Positions 1 through 18,677 are shown, counted from the first letter of the stretch. The stretch is DNA of 64,000 nt from Tubiluchus corallicola (GCA_030141605.1 JAQGDQ010000855.1:1-64000); one strand, 5' to 3'. Translations and numbers: made by a program. The notes: generated from the letters alone by a model not told the origin.

Positions 1-252
1 TAGACCAATGATGTGCTACAACATTTGGTGAACGAACTTCAGTTTCATATTTCTGTATCAATATCTTTGAGGAATAGTGGTGATTGACTCGGATGTGGAG
101 ATAAAATGACGCTATCCATGGTAGTGTTGGTAGTGATGATTCTAGTGGCGACAGCAGCAGCAGAGCAATGGCTGTGCTTGAGCCAATAGCTAATGCAACA
201 ACAATAAAAATGATATTGTGGTCAAATGTCACAATGGCAGTTTCTCTTACAG

Positions 253-5262
<5,010 letters not shown>

Positions 5263-6075
5263 CACAGCAACATTTACCACGTGACGTTTCAATGGCTAAA
5301 AGCAGAAGACGAGAAATGTTAAAACATATAACTATGATTTATGCAACAGGGAATTGATTGTTAAACTAAATTATCACTTATATGATGGAAGATATGTCTC
5401 CAAAGAAAGTATAACAATATCTGCATGAAAATGTTTTATAAAATCAAAAATGTTAGAGGCAATCATCTTGAAATTTCAGAAGCACACTTAACACGCCTAA
5501 TAAAATATTGAATTTGAAAATTGTTTTTTTCACTTAATATTAATACCCACAATGTGACCCTATAATAAAATATCGCGATACAAAAATTGATTATAATGTT
5601 TTAAGAAAGACAAAAATGATTTATTTTTGGGATTTAAAGGGTTTTTGTCGTTTATGTATTGTTTTTTACAACCCAATTGCTAATAAACCAACCTCTGTGC
5701 AGTTTGCATGCCCAGACAAGAAACTGTCAACCAGTTTTGTTGCCTTATCATAGTGTCGACCATCAATGCAACAAATTGTGTCATTTTATTGTGGCATTTT
5801 TTCCTGTGCCATTTTTACCTGTTTCACATACATTCAGTTGCTATAACTCAATAAACAGACAAAACATCAGGCGAGCCGGTTGCAATATCCGTACCTGGAA
5901 TGTATTATGAGACTGAAAATATTTTCTTGTGCTACGTAACTAAAGCTCTATATCAAGGTAGGAATACTTATCTACATTGGCCACTTTTCTAATCTTTTTT
6001 CGGATATTGAATATAAATATATTAGGATTAAAGGAAGCTAAAAATACCAACTCCAGAAAAACTTTAACTTGAAAA

Positions 6076-6305
6076 GTAGAAAACCAGCAACATCAAAAAC
6101 CTTTAACAGAAAGAAGTAGAAAAACCAGCAACATCCAAAAACCTTTAACAGAAAGAAGTAGAAAAACCAGCAGCATCAAAAACCTTTAACAGAAAGAAGT
6201 AGAAAAAACAGCAACATCAAAAACCTTTAACAGAAAGAAGTAGAAAAACCAGCAACATCAAAAACCTTTAACAGAAAGAAGTAGAAAAAACAGCAACATC
6301 AAAAA
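6076..6305. repeat. 41-bp tandem repeat, about 6 copies
   Basis: Unit AAAAACCAGCAACATCAAAAACCTTTAACAGAAAGAAGTAG. Confidence 0.9.
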
Positions 6306-7352
6306 AAGCTTTGACATGAAGAAGAAAAAAACCAGCAACACCAAAAAAGGGCAGTCAATTGACGACTCATGCATGTATATCTAAATGTATACCCATACTC
6401 ATACATTTGTTTGGAAAAGTGATGTTTCAGGAGGACTGTAAAATCTAGGCAAGCTGAGCAAAAATTATAAACAATGAATTGACCGTAGACACTATATACT
6501 AACAAACGAGAACAGCAATACAGAATAGCAGCATACATCCTTTGATTTAAAAGATGAATGCTGCTATTGAGACATAAATGCTCGTTGTACACTTGTAAAT
6601 GCTGTTAAATATTTCATTGCTAAAGACCTTATAACATTACATTATATTATTTAGATGTTTGAATTAACTTTGTAGTTGCAATTTTAGATATGTAAATGTG
6701 TTTATTAGTAGAACTTTTAATGCAAATAGAGGGGCTGTATTATTATTGTTCACAATACTACAATATAAATATTTTATTTATTTATTTATTTATTATTTTA
6801 TTGCCCATATTAAAGTACGATACTAATCCCTTGATTTTGGTGAAATCTTTAGGCTGGAGTAACTGTGACATTACATACGTCTAACTCTTGCCAGTCTATG
6901 TACAATCACAGTGTGATGGCAAAAACCAAGCAATTCTAAATTCAAAACGTACAATAGTTTATCATTTCCTTCTAAAAGCAAACAAACATTGACCAAACAA
7001 TGTCATCTACAACAATTGTCATTGTTCCATACTGTTTCAGAATTGCATTTCTGCAAGACATGTTTGCATGAAATAATAAAGTTTTATCCAGCTAGAAACA
7101 TTTTTAAAGATGAGCATTATAACATTTAGGAGAACAATAACAATAAAAAAGCTTTTGTTGCATATTTTAAAAAATTATTATATGCTCCCTATGCATATTA
7201 TTCGCTGGTTTAAAAATCAAATTTTAGTTGTTTTCAAAGAGTTGCTTTCAAGACACAATGCTTTTTAGATTTAAGCGTTTGTCCTTTGATTATGCTGTAA
7301 GTTGTTTGATTAGCAACATTTTAAGGGTTGACAATTATAGATAACTTACAAT

Positions 7353-10300
7353 ATGGCGATTACACCTATTTTGCTTTGTGCGTTGTGTTTTTGGTTCGAT
7401 GTGTGTCAGTCAAGTGATAAATCTTTACAAAATCTACAAGACTCAATAAAATCAAAGTCAAGAGACAGAGGACAACTGAATCGTGGAGATGACAAAAGTT
7501 CTGATAATAATGGTAATAAGGAATCTATGATATTTACCTTTTCATACTTATCGAAATTTAACTAAATGATTGCACAGAAAATCCTTTTGAGGAGCATTCA
7601 TCTATCGTTTTCGTCTTCTAAAGATATTAATATAAATATATATGTAGAAAAGCTTAACGAGTTTAAAAAGGCATAAGTAAGAAACTATTTATATTAACTC
7701 TTCAATTCACATAATTTATTTGGATTATATTATACTACTTGCAGGATTACTTTTGCCAGAACCCAGAATCATTGGTGGCGAAACGGTTGTTGGTAGAGAA
7801 TTTCCCTACCAGGTAAAAATAGTTAGATAAAAATAGCTAGTGTGAACAATTCACATCATTTAGTAGGCCTTTAATGCAGGATTACTTTTGCCTGAACCCA
7901 GAATCATAGATGGGGGAATGGTTATTGGTAGAGAATTTCCCTACGAGATACAAATAGCGAGATAAAATAGTTAGCTATTTGCCAACGTTACCATTATTTT
8001 GACTCTTTTAAAAATAGTAATAAAGCTGTGCACAAGTCATAAAATATTCACTTCAGTATTTCTTAAAAAGTTCTTTATATTTATTTTAAATCCGTGAAAT
8101 TTTTTTGTTATGGAGTGAAAAATATCTCTGTTTTATCTGCTTGTTAAACATGTGTTTGAAGTAAACACCGATGTTTGCAACATTATCCAGTTTCTTTAAC
8201 AGGTGGCGCTTTACACAGAAAAAGGCTCTTTCATAACAGGGTACCGAAAATGGTTGTGTGGAGGAACACTCCTCAACAACCAATGGATTTTAACGGCTGC
8301 TCATTGTGTTTACAAGTAGGTAATAAATCTTGAGACGAAGAATTCTTAAAATCAACAACTTTAATAAATTGTTCACGTCAAGAACTTTGGGCTTTTAGTA
8401 GTTATGAGGCTATTAGACAGTCATAGACTATTTTTTAATATAATAGGGTTTATATAACTATGAATGCTTGATAAATGTTAAATGTACCACTGTTTCAAAT
8501 CTAAGTTTATTGTGTGCTTTGGTGGACCCACTGAAATAGTTATATATAAAAGTAGAATAGTTATATATATAGTTATAACAATAGTTAGATAAAAATAGCT
8601 AGTGTGAACAATTCACATCATTTAGTAGGCCTTTAATGCAGGATTACTTTTGCCTGAACCCAGAATCATTGATGGAGGAACGGTTATTGGTAGACAATTT
8701 CCCTACGAGATAAAAATAGTGAGATGAAATAGTTAGCTATTTGCCAACATTACCATTATTTTGACTCTTTTAATAAATAGTAATTAAGCTGTGCACAGGT
8801 CATAAAATATTCACTACATATATATATATAAAACTATATTTATGTATATAGAAATAGTTATAATAAAAAATATTTTTATTAATACAAAAATAAAATGTTA
8901 CTAGCTGAACCAAAACAACCATAGACTTGATCAGGCCTCATACGTTATCCATATCCAGAACGACAAACCCTCACCAGTATTGAAGCCAACAAGAAAAAGG
9001 TGGCTGATTAGCATTTTGGTTTTTGCTTTTGCTTTGTCATCAAACCCGACCAGCAGCTAGAAGCTGTTAGAGCGGAAATGAGCTGAAAGCCAGTCGTCTC
9101 TTCGATAGGGGTGAGCATTCTCTACCAGAAAGCGAATTCGAATCGAACCGAATTTGTGACTTTCGAATTCGAATCGAATCGAACTTCAGTGTTTCGAATT
9201 CGAACCGAATTCGAATTGAGATTGAACGATTTTCGAACAAATTTTCGAACCACCAGTAAAAATTAGTTTTACAAAGATCATGTGTATCACTAGATTTTGT
9301 TCTGCAATAAAACGACTAGTAATTTCTTTAAAATTGTGTGCAGAAATCACAATTAAATTATGCTAATTGCATGATGTTTCAATCGTTTTAGTGATCAGGA
9401 ACATATGTGATTGAAGTGCTGAATTATTCGAATCTATAGTTTTGGATTCGAATCGAGTTCGAACTAAAAAAACTCGTTCGAATCGAATTCGAACGTTCGA
9501 TGCTCACCCCTACTCTTCGAAGATTTCTAAGCAATTGAAAAAGGCCATTTTAGTTGCCTCACTGCCTGTGATATTTTACTTTTTATAGGATTATTGAGTA
9601 AGACACTTCATCGATATAGCTGCTCATCATATAGAGTTAACATGATGTGTAACTTCATCGCTGTCTTGCGTGGAGTGCCTAAACTCTATAACCTTAGCCC
9701 GTGAGGCCCTTAACTCCTTCAGGACTGCACAATTCAGGTCTTGTAAGACCGATAAAGCTTCTGCTAGTGTATGAGCTCAGACGTAACTAAATGATTGAAG
9801 AATTAGGTTCTGTTCCGTTGAAGAATCTTAAACATTCATGTGTAATTTGGTTGGATAAAATTAAGAAAACACGTCATTTTCAGGCACTCCAACTTAACCA
9901 ATTGAGTAGCTTAGCCTAGTGTACACATGCGTGATCGTACACACTACTTTCTTTATCGCTATACTTTATAGTACACACTATATTTTATTGCTCTAGCCCA
10001 AGAGAAACCTCTGTTGTATGTAGTTCCAGGAATAACCAACCAATCAGCCGTGGAGAAATTAACGCTTTTGTGTGTTGTGTCTTGATAGTTGAAATTTTCT
10101 ACACTAGCCGATTTCACACACTTATTATTTTACATTGTTACCGTGCTAACTACAGCAGTGACTGAAAGTTTTTCAATTTTTTTGTCAAAAATCGGTTTTT
10201 AATTTGTCTAAGGAAGCAAAGCATTTCATATATAATTTTGCATAGAAATCCAGCGTGAAGAGTAGAAACCTACAAAAATTATCAAATATAACATAATCAC

Positions 10301-11327
10301 TGCTTAATGAGAGCAGTTTTTCGTGAAACCATGAAAAACGCAGCAAATGCTTACGGTCCTGAATAAATAACAGTAAATACAGTTTTAATAGTGAAATCTC
10401 ATACAATTAAACAATTAATTTGTATTTTATGTTGATTGCATAGTTTCAAAACGGGCCGTGACTTTAAAATATACTTAGGAAGCAACAAATTATATGAGCC
10501 AAAGGAGGAACGTTGGGTATGTCTTACTATCATATTACACGTGCATTTTGTAAACATAAACATCATATTAATGCTCGGTATATGACTTGCTATCAAACTT
10601 CCTTTAATTACCACTCTGCTATACCTTTAGGTGTATTATTACAAGGTACATCCTGGCTATAAGAAAACAATACCAGTTCAATTTCAAGTTGATATTGCTT
10701 TAGTGCGAATGGATCGTAGTGTTAGTTTTGACAACGACATTCAACCTGCTAAACTTCCGCGCTGTCGCTATTTTGACTACATCAATCAGACAGTAGTTTT
10801 AGCAGGATGGGGCCAAAGTGACCCAAGTATGTCTACAAATATGTTTTTTGATTATCTATATTTTTGACAATCCATTATTCACTTAATTACGGCCATTGAA
10901 TTTTTGTACATATTATATTTTGCAATATTTTACACACGTTTTCTTCCTTTGTAAAAATTTCTTGAAAATGTTTTCATACATGGAAATCACTATGGACACG
11001 GAGGCCCAAAAATCTGTCCCAGTATATTCTTACATGAGTAACAGAACATTAAAAGTTGCTAATAATGCACTAATAATCACCAGGGCCTATTTCAGCCTAG
11101 GCGAGGCAGAGGGAAGTGGGGCGTGTGAGACCCCATCGGAGAGGGGGGGCGCCCCCATGGTTGGCGCCCAGAAAATTTTTGAACTGCTAGAACGCCGGAG
11201 AAGCATTTTCGAAGAGAAAATATGGAGTTATACAGTTGTTAAAGGAAAGAACAATTGAAAGAAAACTGCTTTATTCTCAAGACCAGTCCTTAATTCTTGT
11301 CAATACTGGCAAACGGCGCGCATGCGG

Positions 11328-11382
<55 letters not shown>

Positions 11383-14313
11383 GAGAGAGAGATAGGAGGC
11401 AATATATTCGCATAAACCAAAAAAATGTTACCTTGGCGCGAGGCCCCCTGGAGGGTGAGGCCCCGGGGAAGTATCCCCACTTCCCCCCCCCTGGCCCTGA
11501 TAATCACTGCTCATGCAATAATTATGAATTAACGATACTAGAAGATACAACAAACACTTTAAATCCTTCTCAGTTTCGTTTGCTGTTGAATTTGTGCAGC
11601 CATTTGATTGACCATTGGCCACTTAATGTAATTTTTATGCAACAGCTACCAGACAACAGGAGTTAAAGATTTTAGGTTAACTCCCTCTCGATGACGAATA
11701 TTTGTGTAGTTTTGATAACCCCGTACTAGGGGTACTAGTACAAAACTTCGTATTTTCTGAAGGAGAATTAAATTTCCTTTCTAACACTGTAAACAAAATA
11801 CTTTAATTCTTTATGCTGTGGAGTGACTAACATGACAATATGAGAATGTAGAATTTTCAAAAAAATTGTGATTCAAAGCTTTCTAGTTTCCAAGTGTTAG
11901 CTTGTGTGTGGTTAGGTTTATTCTTGTATGATTTACTTGAATATTGATCGTTTCTTTTCCGAATTTCATTAAATTTGGAGGTTGGAAAGTTCAGTCAATG
12001 AGGCTTTGTTTGTAAATGAATGTGCCTGTCAGGAAGGAGTTAACATGATGGAACGTTTGTATTTTTGTTATGCAGACTTCGAGTTAGATTCAATCACGTA
12101 CAATCCTGACTTGCAAAAGGCTACAACTCAAGTTGTCAGTTCAAGATCTTGTTCAGGTGTCAACAGAACTGTCTGGATCTGCTCCTATACCCCTGGTGTT
12201 GCTGCATGCTTGGTAAGTATGGAAAACTTTACTGTGACAACCGTCATTTTGTTTTATTCGTATAATCTTTTCTCAATGGAAGCTGTGAGTATGGCACTGC
12301 AACCTGAGAGGATGTTGTGCTGCATGTCTACGCTTCAGCTAAGCTAAAATACAAAAAGCTGAAAATAAATAATTAAATTAAATTTTCAGTTTACTATTAC
12401 GAATTGCAGGCTCAGCTTACCAACACCATCAGTATCGCAACACATGATAGCCTCAAAACAAAACGACTTGACAAACCAAGGAGTATGAATTATGTCCACT
12501 GACATATAACTACAGTAGACCTTCCCTTTTTATCAGGTGTCCACGTGTTTGCGGCTTATACTACTACAAAGTGAGAGATTGAACCTGCTCTAAATGAAGG
12601 CATATTCACATGCATGCACACCTGTGGGGTCTTCTGTTTTCTTTTGCCAGCACTAAATATGAGTTTTATCAATCTAATTTCAATTTCGTTAATTTATTTT
12701 TAATTTAATCACTAGCTCAACCCAGCCCAGTTGCAGTATAATTTATTAGACAACCACGAACATTCATAGTAAATAATTGTCTGTTCTCGGGTCAAATAAA
12801 TATGTGATCCTATAACTTACATGTGCACAAATTTATGGAGACCATATTAAAAAGCGTGATGCATTTTTAATATAATTACAGATTTCATATTTAAGCCTGA
12901 GTTCAATGATATAAGGTTATTAATTTCCTTTGTCAACAAGTAATTCCGGTTCCTATAGATCTAGATTTACATTTATTATATACAATACCAATGTGTAGAA
13001 TTTCCTTGTTGAAGCTTACGACTAGGACACTGATCTAGTAATTGTTGTTGGTGCCAGCCGGTACACCAGAAATGTCACCTAGTTAAAAAAAGGTTCCTGG
13101 TATAGTGAAGCTTTGGCTGTTAAAATATAATATAAAAAGGTGACACTCACAGTAACTCATGCAGTTACTCAGTAAACTCTCCGATTAGTTCACCCTCAGT
13201 GTCTCGCAAGGCAGACTCTTGAACTGCTTTTAAGTTTGGCAAACTTGGCTCATTGGAAAAGTTATCTCTCATCACATATCTTTTTGTTATGGTAATGTGT
13301 TTGGAACAGTGAAGTTAGAAAAGTGAGTCAACTTAAGATAAACAGACGTCGAACACTAAACCTCCTGGAAAATGTTTTTTCTTACCAACACAACGTACCA
13401 AACGAACATCAAAGAGAACAGTTACAAAATACTACAATACCACAGTGTAAGTAAAATAAATAGTATACTTCAATGCATAGAGTTAAATTGCTCACTTTCT
13501 GTCCTACCCTGTATAAAAAGGCTTGCTATCTCCTAAATTATTCTGAGTTGTACATGCTAGGAGCTTTATCAAACTTTGGTATGTCAGTAATGTGTTTGTA
13601 TTTCGGTCAAAATAATCCAGTATTTTTTAATAATTTTAATTACTTGGTTTCGTCATGAAGTTTAGTTCATTCATGCAGTGAACTTATGTAGTATATGTGG
13701 TATGGTTCACAGTACATACGTGCGTAATAAGTGGGTTCGATGTTTGTTCTCAACAATTATATTTGCCCTAGTGATCCTGCTCGTAGTGGGAATACTAATA
13801 CATAAAATTTAAATTTCAAACTAGTTTATTGCTTTAACACATATCATAATCAAATTAATTGGCACACAATTTTGAAAGAAAATAATAATCAGTAAAAAAA
13901 TTACCTGACATTGATCACTATTATTAAAGAAAAGAACAAAGGGAGACCTAAGAAGCCATGGCTTATGGCGGGCCACTCATAATATACATTTACGTACATA
14001 CTAATTGTTGTCACATTATTTTTAGGGTGACTCTGGAGGTCCAGTGGTGCTATCATATACAGGAGAAGTTATTGGAGTAATATCCAAAAGTGGAAAATCA
14101 TGCAAAGGTGCTACGGTTTCCGCAAAAATTGGTCCACACCTGACCTGGATTGAAGACGCACAATTCTATGCTGAAACGTCAAATTACCAATACGTCCGGT
14201 CAAACACTACGTGTTTATATAACACGATATGTATAAGTTTTTTGCTATATTATGTACTTTACTTAGTTTTTACGAATTACTTGTCTTTGTTTACTGAATA
14301 TTTACTTTTGTGA
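7353..14313 (+). CDS. S1A serine protease zymogen SP1 (type A), signal peptide and hydrophobic C-tail, 344 aa
   Basis: Exons 7353-7512, 7745-7812, 8203-8315, 10444-10516, 10631-10826, 12076-12212, 14026-14313 (1035 nt, in frame). PEPR|IIGG activation site, [22 protein letters not shown]|GDSGGP. Confidence 0.92.
7880..7947 (+). pseudogene. Duplicated pseudo-exon of SP1 exon 2 (copy 2)
   Basis: Encodes [22 protein letters not shown]; acceptor TGCAG intact, donor GT mutated to AT. Confidence 0.85.
8642..8709 (+). pseudogene. Duplicated pseudo-exon of SP1 exon 2 (copy 3, in intron 3)
   Basis: Encodes [22 protein letters not shown] with the same GT->AT lesion; part of a block duplication ~7817-8050 = ~8579-8815. 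Confidence 0.85.
9106..9512. mobile_element. hAT-type MITE
   Basis: 13-bp TIR TAGGGGTGAGCAT, perfect 8-bp TSD CTCTTCGA (9098-9105 / 9513-9520), many subterminal TTCGAA/ATCGAA motifs. Confidence 0.9.
11081..11499. mobile_element. hAT-type MITE family H1, copy 1 (internal GA microsatellite)
   Basis: Ends CAGGGCC...GGCCCTG, perfect 8-bp TSD ATAATCAC; inverted homolog at 27739-28110. Confidence 0.9.
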
Positions 14314-14462
14314 TAAATGTGGCACCAATTTGATGTAAGAAAACACAAAGAACTGTGAAGAAGATATTGTATATTTAGCCAGAAAATATAAGTATGATCC
14401 TTTACTGGTATTACAGCAAACAGGTAGTTAACTGTGTAACCTATAACAATCCTTCGTTGCGA

Positions 14463-14620
14463 GTAAAATAAAATGTCGTGTTTGAATTTAAGAACGAGGT
14501 AACTGCACATTTAAGAGAATGAAAATACTCATCGCTGTTACGGACCGTTAAGCGATGAGCATTTTCATTCTCTTAAATGTGCAGTTACCTTGTTCCTAAA
14601 TTTAAACACGACAATTTTAC
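14463..14620. repeat. Near-perfect ~158-bp palindrome downstream of the SP1 stop
   Basis: TGTCGTGTTT...GGTAACTGCACATTTAAGAGAATGAAAAT..CATCGCT followed by its reverse complement after a short loop. Confidence 0.85.
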
Positions 14621-14944
14621 GAAAATGGTGATACATAGGTGTGTAAGACATGTTTTGACAGGCTACTATTGACACCAGTCAAACTAATTAAGCTAACATC
14701 GCATGCAAAACAGAAACTAGCAAGCAACTCAAAGGCGAAAATATTTACAGAGTTTGTAATTTATAATATTTATTTCCACTTCAAACAAGATATTTTTGCA
14801 AAATTTATCGAAAAAACTCTCAATTTCTACACAATATACATAAAAAATTTAGTTTGCCTGACAGAATTAGAGGACCTTGTGCATTCTGACAGAGGAGCGG
14901 AATGGGTTAGACAAACAAAAGACCCGAAGTATTAGTGGCTAGAT

Positions 14945-15444
14945 CAGGGGTGTGCAAATTGCGGCCCGCGGGCCACTTGCTGCCCGCCGAAAGAATTTGT
15001 GCGGCCTCAAAGAGATTTGTCAGCCTAATAAAAGTGCGGCCCGGGCGATTAATTGAGTGTATCCAGCTGAAGTCTGTGCCACGATCCCAAAGATAGTGCG
15101 GGTAGTTTTTTCTACTAGATCAGATGCCATTAACCCTCACAAGACGGTTGTAGCTTAATGTCACTGTACTACACAGACTGTGTGATACACATTACTAGTA
15201 TGCATTGTAATGAAATTACCACTATTTGTCGTGAAAGTAGAAATATATGGTTTGTAATATAAATTTTAATAACTTCTAAAATAGTTTCTTGAGTGTAGTA
15301 GTAATGATGTACGCATGGTCGGATGCAAAAAAATCGTTATTAAGCCTTTCTGTACTTGGCTCCTTGATCAAACTGCCTTTGGCCTGCAGGAATTGCGGGA
15401 AAGTTTAATTTGGCCTGGCTAATCAGATAATTTGCACACCTCTG
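14945..15444. mobile_element. hAT/Charlie-like MITE family H2, copy 1
   Basis: TIR CAGGGGTGTGCAAATT, subterminal GCGGCCC motifs, TSD GGCTAGA(T/G). Confidence 0.88.
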
Positions 15445-15499
15445 GGCTAGAGGGTAGTTGAAAGGGAGAATAGGTAGGATGGGTTGGTAGAAGTAAAAC

Positions 15500-15960
15500 T
15501 GCCCTCTACAACGGTATACAAAAGTAAATTAAATCAAATATGCCAATAACATTTTTTAGGAATTTTGTCTCGTTGGAATACTGTCACTTTTTAGCTTTAG
15601 CTTTGTATAGCTTTAAAAAGATTGTTTTTTTCTCTGTAACACGAAAATAAATAATCTTTAAATTTGTTTTTAATACTGCAGAAAGACTGAGCTTGTTTAA
15701 TTTCTGTTGGAATTTTATTGCAAAGAGTTGGACCTGTATACCTGATGGACTATTTTGCCACATCCGTTATACAATAGATTATCATATCTGGTGTTACGAA
15801 ATTTGTTATTCATTTTTAATAGATTATTAAAGAAGTTGGGTATAAAAGTGTTTCGTTTTTATATGCAAATGATTAGGTCAAATTCTACAAGATTGTCCAC
15901 TACTAGCATTTTACTGTCTTTAAACAAGTCGAGACTCACGTGATCATATTGTACAGATGT
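15500..15960 (-). mobile_element. Old LINE 3' fragment
   Basis: Minus strand reads YDHVSLDLFKDSKML...PNFFNNLLKMNNKFRNTRY, with stops. Confidence 0.4.
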
Positions 15961-16625
15961 CTCATGAACGTTCTTTGTAAAGCTCTCAAGCAGTTAAAAT
16001 TAGTGGTGACCTTCAAACCCAGAAGGTCAAAGAAATCGGTCAACTGTCAAAGACCTTATAGAAATTGATAAAATTGACTTAAAATCTAAGGGTAGCTGAT
16101 CTTGCTCTATTGGCTACTAACCACAAATATTCTGGGTAAAAATACTGCAATTTGGGACATTTTCAGATGTTATATTTATTGTCCACCTTACCATTACCAC
16201 CGATACGCAAAGCACATAAGAACCAGTTGAATGGTCTCGTTAAGCCCAGAAATTACGCAAAGTCCATAGGAGTTGAGTGCGACTGTAGACAGATTTCTGT
16301 TTCGACAGCAAACAGCCGTGTGAATTTAGTAAAAGTTCAGCTATATCAACTGAAACTGCTGAACACAACTAAACTATACTACGTACATATCGTGAACACG
16401 GTGTGTACGCAGTAAACTGTCATTAACCACATGGAGATGCATCTTTCTCGTCTTCAAATAAAATTGTGCTAGCTCATTTTGATTTATTTTCAAGACAATT
16501 GCAACTAGCAATCAGTACCTTAATTAGAAATTAATCTTCTTTGGGCTACTGCACCTGTCAGTGCTAGGCAAACACCAAATAACACGTAAATGAGCTTCAT
16601 TATACGAAAGGAAAATACAATTTAA

Positions 16626-17085
16626 CCCATTCAGTCCCAAATTATTTTTTAATAAGAAAATTTTTTTTGGCTTGGTACTTTTGTTCAGTATGTCCATCTT
16701 GTTTACACATAATAATTGTTTTTTTTCTACCTGTGCCCGCGTGCTAAATATAGCCTGTATCCCACGGGATACATTAGGATTCAATGGAAGCATAAAATGT
16801 GCTTCATTTTGCAACTGCTGATAATTTTTTAAAGTATTTAAGACATTTAGTATGCATGCTATGCTGATCTGTACAAAGTCGTCTCTAAAGTACTGTACCT
16901 TGCGCAGTTTTTTATGCTATGTAGATTTTCCAGTTTGCCATTTTATCACCATTTTTAGTCTATTGTTATTGGCTTAAATCAAAATAACTATTAACAGATC
17001 AAGTAATTGTCAGTTTTAAAATTTTGTTAATTTTAAAGGCAGAAAATATTCTCGTATCCCACGGGATACAACAGGTATGAAAGGG
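16626..17085. mobile_element. piggyBac-like MITE
   Basis: TTAA on both flanks, CCC(A/T)TTCA termini, two copies of the near-palindrome GTATCCCACGGGATAC. Confidence 0.7.
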
Positions 17086-17749
17086 TTAACAAAGCAGAAA
17101 ACGTAAAGCTGCTGTTTACAATAGCACCATGGAAACGGGAAGTATGGTAACAAAAAAACTTCTCCCTAAAACCAACATACAAGTTCTCTGCAGTCAAGGG
17201 TCATGTTCAACTTTAGGGTAAAAAATGACAGCCATCCTATGAGCGTCAAGAGCGACATGTGAAGCCTTAGCAGGTTGGGATGCGGCACAAGCATCTAGAT
17301 ACATCCTGGTACTGATTCTCATGATTCAGGTTTTTTCTGACAAAATTCCATAGTAAGTACAAGCATGTTCACAGCCTAAATATTCTTTCATGTAATTTCT
17401 GTAGTAACATAAATCAGCAAATTTCGTTTTTGCATAGCCAGATGATCACATACCAAACCTTCACATGCTTTACATATATGTGTGAGTAAATAGCACGAAT
17501 TTTATCTAAACTGGTGTTCAGATTAGGTGCAGGCGCATCTGGTTTTCAGTGTTGTTAAATGGTCTAAAATCCGATTTACAAGTTGTTGTAATTATAAATG
17601 ACAAAACGACTGATGTAACTGATTGTAGCCGCTTGGAATTCCTACAGCTTGGCTTCTTTCTACAGCCAAATTATTATACAATTTGATGAAGCCACTCATT
17701 CCAGAATCACAGATTCAAAACATGTAGTTAGATTTGCATTAACTAGCCA

Positions 17750-17912
<163 letters not shown>

Positions 17913-18677
17913 GTACTCGAACATGCATACGTATAATACACATGTACATGCAGTTCAACTAGTTAGTATATAAATAGACAGATTAATAAGAAACAAAACC
18001 AGAAAGAACAACAAAACATGTTACACCATGAATAGAAGAACGTAAAGTAAACCTATTATAATATCTATCACAACTTGACGCACACATGTTTTTACTATAG
18101 ATAACAAGGCTTTCAAGCTGAGAAAACAGTAATATTTCCTTTAAAATGCCATCATATAACAAAACGCATAATACTGCTTGGTGTTCGTTAATATAAAAAG
18201 TTTTTTCACTTATTGTTTTCTGGGTGTAACTCTGGTAATAATAATTAGTGTTAATTTTGTTATTGCAATATTTAAATATCGTTTTTATGTAGCAGTACAG
18301 TTGAATCTTTGTTCCCAAAAGAAACTTCAAATGTGTAGAGGCCAGATAATGATCATTAGAACAATGTTTATTTTTTCATACACTTTCAGAATTTGCTAGC
18401 CTGTGTTTGGAGAAAATATTATAAGTTATATAAAACCTTTTAGGGTCATGTTAGAAACCTCACTGCCAGCACAGTCTTTTATATTAGACGAATTTCTTTA
18501 TTTAAGTTTATTTAGGTTTGTAGCAGAACTGCCATTGAACGTTAGTAGCTACACTTGTCGATTGCTGATTATCAGCAAGCACCATTGTTGATTATAGTTG
18601 TTAAGCATTTTTATAATTGGTTCTAATTCTTAATCTTCATCATAAATAAACCTTTTTTGAAGGCGCAACAAGTACAA

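Noticed and set aside
6076-6305. Repeat as an MMP hinge/linker exon
   Set aside because: The 41-bp unit is not a multiple of 3, contains TAG/TAA, and lies after the probable stop and AATAAA.
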